From Paraphysomonas bandaiensis (lineage: Eukaryota; Protista; Chrysophyceae), in contig CBFFRP010000182.1 of NCBI GenBank assembly GCA_965644295.1, forward strand, positions 248,001 through 312,000: DNA of 64,000 bases. Direction: 5' to 3'. Positions 59,768-64,000 of the stretch are shown here, in pieces. Each line of letters starts with the position of its first letter. The first letter of the stretch is position 1. The notes beneath the pieces were generated by a model. The model had not been told where the DNA came from. It made no database searches and worked only from the letters and a program-made list of their open reading frames with translations. A program made the translations under genes and the position numbers.

Positions 59768-62700
59768 TATTAGAGATAAAGATTGAACGATAAGGCCTAA
59801 TAGTATAATAGCAAGACACGTTTGAGCAGAGCGTTAGCACCACACACATGTACGTATCTTGTACAGTCGCGTATCATGTATAGTTTGGTAATTATTCAGT
59901 CTATTTGGTATTTCATTGTATATGTGTGTTGTATTCACGCGTTAAGAGATATATGTGAATCAATGACTCCTAATACTCCCCCTCAATGAAATAATCATAT
60001 GGCGTATACATAGATATATGGATATAGGTGTATATATTTGGAGATAGTTCTACTGAGGGTAAAACCCACGAGTGCAATCACAGATTGTGGATTACACTGA
60101 TGTCAACATACAGCATACTCGTGGGAAACTCCGTAGATCTCTAAGTCATCCATCGTGGTCTCTTGGTTGAGTTCTCTGCCGGTGGGATAGATACTTTTGT
60201 TCTTTTATTGCTAGCAGGTATGTTGATACCTCCCCCCCATTAGTGAATCCCGCAATCTGTGGAACGTGTTTGATGTGAGGGGTTTAGTTAGAATGTCGGC
60301 CAGCATCTCGTTTGTAGGCATGTAATCAACAATAATAGAGTGCGATGCGACTTGTTCTCTTATGAAGTGATATCTGATGGCAATATGTTTTGTTCGTCGG
60401 TGGTGTACGGGGTTTAGGCATAGTTGAATTGCACCTTTGTTGTCACACCATATGGTTGTTGAGTATGGCATGTGGAAGCCCAATTCCGAGAGTAGTGACC
60501 GTAGCCAAATAGCTTCTTGACATGCTGTTGATAGTGCCATGTACTCCGCTTCTGTAGAGGATAGAGCTACAGTGGTCTGGAGTCGTGATTGCCAGGAAAT
60601 GAGACAATTTCCAATAAAGAAGCAAAACGCTGTGGTCGACCTGCGAGTTAAGTTACAGCGTGCCCAATCACTGTCAGCGAATCCAGTTAAAGTAACAGAC
60701 TTCCCGGAGTACTGTAGACCTTGATCGATAGTGCCTTTGAGGTACCTAAGTATGTTTAATGCGGCTATGAGCTCCTTGTAAGGAAAATTTTGGACAAATT
60801 CTTGATTTTCTTGAGATAGTTGTTTCTTTTCGAGAATGTCTATATGAAAATTTGTTGTCATGGGGTGACTACGTGGCTTGCAATCTTCCATGTTGAATCT
60901 GTGGAGTAGGTTCCGTATGTATTGAGATTGATTTAGTGTCGTAGTTCGATTCTGTATATCCTGTTTGACGAATATGCCGAGGTAGTAATCTAGGAGGCCG
61001 AGATCATGAATGTCGAATTTTTCAGCTAACGAATTCTTGATTTGGATGATGTCAGTCCTACTTTTACCGGCGATAATGATGTCATCGACGTAAACTGCCA
61101 GAATTATGGGTCGACCATTGATTGATTTCGTGAATATGCACGGGTCGGACACTAATCTGGTAAAACCACAGTCTAACAAATAATTAGTACAACATTTATA
61201 CCAATTTAACCCGGACTGTTTGAGTCCGTATATACTCTTTAGAAGTCTGAGGACTTTACCGTTTGGAACATTGAGACCAGCGGGTGGATACATGTAAATT
61301 TCCTCTTGGAGGTCTGCATTGATGTAAGCAGTGGAGAAATCTACCTGGTGAAGCTCCAACCCAAGTATAGTTGCTAGTGCTATGACTGTTCTCATTGATG
61401 TGGCCTTTGCGACTGGGCTGTAGGTTTCGTTGTAGTCTTTACCCTCGACCTGGGAGAAACCTTGAGCCACTAACCTCGCCTTGAAGGTAACCTCATCTCG
61501 CTTGACCTTTACCCTAAACACGAATTTTCCCCTTATAATGTTGGAATTTGCTGGTGGTGTCGTTATCCTCCAACAGCCTTTGCTCTCTAGAGACTTGATT
61601 TCTTTGTTGATGGCTTTCAGCCATTGTTCCTTGTACCTGCCTGATAGTGCCTCGCCAACATTGTTAGGTGTGTTAGGTACATCATTGCTACATGTGTCAT
61701 TTGCATGCATAATGATGTCAACATCATTCATGTATAATGTTCTGTAACTATCATGTTTATCAGGTGTTTTGTGGTTGTACAAATATCTTTTATCAACATC
61801 ACAGTGGTATATATTATCACCGAATTTGTGTACATTCATGATTACCCTTTTCCTGGTCTGCCTCTTGCTGTGGAGACTTTTCTTTACGCAACGGCTCACC
61901 TTGTGTCGGTGGGGTGTCCTTACACCCGTAATTGTGCCATCCGGGCTTTGCCGGCTCCTGTCACCCTGGGAATTCACAGTCTTGATAGCTCGTTTGACCT
62001 TACGAGCAGGGTGATCACGCTTGTTGTCACCCCGTGCCTCCTTCGGCACTGTATTCCGCTGAGCTTCTGCTGTGCGGCGAGGCCTTGCCTCCTTTTCATT
62101 TGAGTAGGGTCCTCTCAAATGGCTGTGACTCCCGCCCCGTGTGGCGTCATGACGGCTGTCGGTTGAACTGCTCCTCCCTGGAGCTGTTCCTTCCACGGGG
62201 CATCCTGGTTCCTCTTGCGGGGGTGATACCGCGTTCTGATAACTGAAGTGCTCGGCGGTGTATCTTTCGATGTCCGCAGCGTGTATTGGGTCATTTAACT
62301 CGATGACTCGCCCTTCATTTTCTCGTGGGGCCAATCCTCTGTAAGCAGCCACGTGGCCTTTGATGACTGTGATTCTTGTCGTGATGTATTGGAGGCCATC
62401 CTGTGGATCTGTGTGGGTCATTCCAACGAGGTATTGGAAGCTCTCGGTTGTTCGATTCTCTGAATTTTCTTCTCTCAGTGATGATTCGATTTCAGCGTAG
62501 TAGTTTTCCTTGACGTCGGGGATGCACTCATTGAAAAAGACGTGACTTGAGATTACGAAGTCCTTGAGTGAAGGTACATATATGACGTACCCTGGTCCAT
62601 CTTCTCGGTATCCCATGAAGTACCCAATATGGCTATGTGGAGACCAATCGTTTCTTCTCTGAGACTTGTCTATGAATGTATGGCATTTGCAGCCCCAAAT

Positions 62701-64000
62701 CCTGGCGTAAGATAAATCGGGGGCCTCGTCGTGGATGAACTGATACGGTGATATGAATCCCTTTGCAGTGGCGCATGGCAGGCGATTTTTCATATGCGTG
62801 ACGGTGGACATAGCCTGTTCCCAGAAGTTGGGTGGTAGGCCCGAGTTGCAAATGGATGCAAGCGTTCTTTCCTTGGTCGTGCGCCATGGTCGTTCTTGTA
62901 TGGGGTTGTCTTCTGGCGTGTACGGAGCGTTGAAGGTCCAGGTTGATCCTAATTTTCTCAGCAAGTTCAGTACACGATGTGATACTAGCTCACGGCCACC
63001 ATCAGCATGATAGTGTATTAGCCGTTTGCCTTTCGAATGCAGATAATCCACAATTTTCTGAATGCACTCAATGACAAAATCCTCGGTTCTGTGTTTTCCA
63101 TAGAATGTCCAACTGTATCTTGAAGCTGCATCGGTAGCTCCAAAGACTACGGTGTTTCCTGTGACTATTGCTGGAGGTGAAAATGGTCCAGTAAAATCAA
63201 CTGCTATAAGTCCTCCAAGCTCCTGCGATCTTCTGGTTTTTGTCGGTATCATTTGCCTTGTCTCGCGCCTATGTTTCCTCCTGTGAGCCTTGCCTTGTGC
63301 GCAGCCATCACAAAGGCCTTCTGGTAGCTGTGGCGAGCTCAGGTCGGATTTTGAAATAGTGATTCCTTTCACAAGATTCAACTTTAGTGCTTTTTGAATT
63401 AAGCCAATGGATGCGTGGGTCAACCTTCGATGTGCCAGGGAGATCGAGGAACCGCTTGATGTAGATGCCAAGTTGCACTGGTCTTGGATGTAACCTAAAT
63501 CGGATAATTTGATCTCGTATAGACCGTTTTGTTTCCTGGCTGTGGTTAGCAAAATTCCATCGTGGTATACGCGTGCCTCGTTTGGTCCGAATATAATATT
63601 GCAGTTGGCGTCTGTTGTCAACTGGCTGATAGAAATTAAAGTCTTTGACGCGTCTGGAACTAGCCTGCACTTGCTAATCAGTCCAAGCTTGCCGTATCCC
63701 AATGCCTGCATTTCTGATCCTGATTTGGCGGTGTAAATTGTGGTTTGATCGTAAGTGAATTCGGAGAGTAAGCTTCGTGCTGCTGTAATTGATATTGTGC
63801 AGCCAGAGTCTAGAATGCCAAATTCCTGCTTCTCGTGTTCCGTATGTAGGACGTGGTTGTCTGTGATCATCCCAGAGAATGCACTGTAGTCATTGTCATC
63901 GTTTGGCCCCTCATCGTCATAGTCTTCCAGTCTTAAGTTCGAATCCCGATGACTGTTTCTTGGGTATTTTGATGATGTGTTCTTGGAGTGATGCCCTTTC
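59768..64000 (-). mobile_element. Ty1/copia LTR retrotransposon family 2 (5' end outside the window)
   Basis: PPT TTGAGGGGGAG (revcomp at 59976-59986). Putative 3' LTR ~59768-59975 bounded by TATTAG..CTAATA. The pol ORF is open to the window edge. Confidence 0.92.
60211..64000 (-). CDS. Copia family 2 polyprotein (protease-integrase-RT-RNase H), 5'-incomplete
   Basis: ILDSGC, HRRLTH...CDGC, VDFTG / HADGG / QERPW, WGCK, FKARLVAQG, QVDFSTAY, VYVDD, DSDWA, TEAEY, RTKHI, LADILTK. Confidence 0.95.
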   Translation of the reverse strand, partial: KGHHSKNTSSKYPRNSHRDSNLRLEDYDDEGPNDDNDYSAFSGMITDNHVLHTEHEKQEFGILDSGCTISITAARSLLSEFTYDQTTIYTAKSGSEMQALGYGKLGLISKCRLVPDASKTLISISQLTTDANCNIIFGPNEARVYHDGILLTTARKQNGLYEIKLSDLGYIQDQCNLASTSSGSSISLAHRRLTHASIGLIQKALKLNLVKGITISKSDLSSPQLPEGLCDGCAQGKAHRRKHRRETRQMIPTKTRRSQELGGLIAVDFTGPFSPPAIVTGNTVVFGATDAASRYSWTFYGKHRTEDFVIECIQKIVDYLHSKGKRLIHYHADGGRELVSHRVLNLLRKLGSTWTFNAPYTPEDNPIQERPWRTTKERTLASICNSGLPPNFWEQAMSTVTHMKNRLPCATAKGFISPYQFIHDEAPDLSYARIWGCKCHTFIDKSQRRNDWSPHSHIGYFMGYREDGPGYVIYVPSLKDFVISSHVFFNECIPDVKENYYAEIESSLREENSENRTTESFQYLVGMTHTDPQDGLQYITTRITVIKGHVAAYRGLAPRENEGRVIELNDPIHAADIERYTAEHFSYQNAVSPPQEEPGCPVEGTAPGRSSSTDSRHDATRGGSHSHLRGPYSNEKEARPRRTAEAQRNTVPKEARGDNKRDHPARKVKRAIKTVNSQGDRSRQSPDGTITGVRTPHRHKVSRCVKKSLHSKRQTRKRVIMNVHKFGDNIYHCDVDKRYLYNHKTPDKHDSYRTLYMNDVDIIMHANDTCSNDVPNTPNNVGEALSGRYKEQWLKAINKEIKSLESKGCWRITTPPANSNIIRGKFVFRVKVKRDEVTFKARLVAQGFSQVEGKDYNETYSPVAKATSMRTVIALATILGLELHQVDFSTAYINADLQEEIYMYPPAGLNVPNGKVLRLLKSIYGLKQSGLNWYKCCTNYLLDCGFTRLVSDPCIFTKSINGRPIILAVYVDDIIIAGKSRTDIIQIKNSLAEKFDIHDLGLLDYYLGIFVKQDIQNRTTTLNQSQYIRNLLHRFNMEDCKPRSHPMTTNFHIDILEKKQLSQENQEFVQNFPYKELIAALNILRYLKGTIDQGLQYSGKSVTLTGFADSDWARCNLTRRSTTAFCFFIGNCLISWQSRLQTTVALSSTEAEYMALSTACQEAIWLRSLLSELGFHMPYSTTIWCDNKGAIQLCLNPVHHRRTKHIAIRYHFIREQVASHSIIVDYMPTNEMLADILTKPLTSNTFHRLRDSLMGGRYQHTC

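Overview
Eukaryotic, AT-rich protist-like genomic DNA with short GT-AG introns (~45-80 nt); plausibly a stramenopile, but this cannot be confirmed from sequence alone. There are three zones. (1) 1-24.1 kb is an accessory, repeat-rich block. It holds a tandem, intronless gene family (three intact copies plus one internally deleted copy) whose ~240-aa domain ends in a motif in register with His-Cys-box/His-Me finger nucleases. It also holds a complete young Ty1/copia LTR element (identical 293-bp LTRs, GGTGT target-site duplication, one frameshift), hAT remnants and MITEs, a Gypsy RT fragment folded into a 422-bp inverted repeat, a 4x368-bp tandem array and a two-exon 'helical header + acylphosphatase-like' gene. 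(2) 24.3-47 kb is conserved host sequence: a multi-exon THADA/TRM732 gene, a very large HSA + degenerate SNF2 + SANT (p400/Domino/EAF1-like) gene and a low-complexity ORF. (3) 47-64 kb has a small TM-anchored gene with a possibly giant-virus-like domain, a truncated copy of the copia element, nested MITE/LINE debris, a LINE 3' fragment, a 2-RRM gene, an ankyrin gene and a second copia family running off the window end. No rRNA, tRNA or CRISPR array was recognised. Best novelty candidates: the diversifying His-Me-like tandem family, the pseudo-ATPase p400/EAF1 intermediate, and an extra domain shared by the integrases of both copia families.
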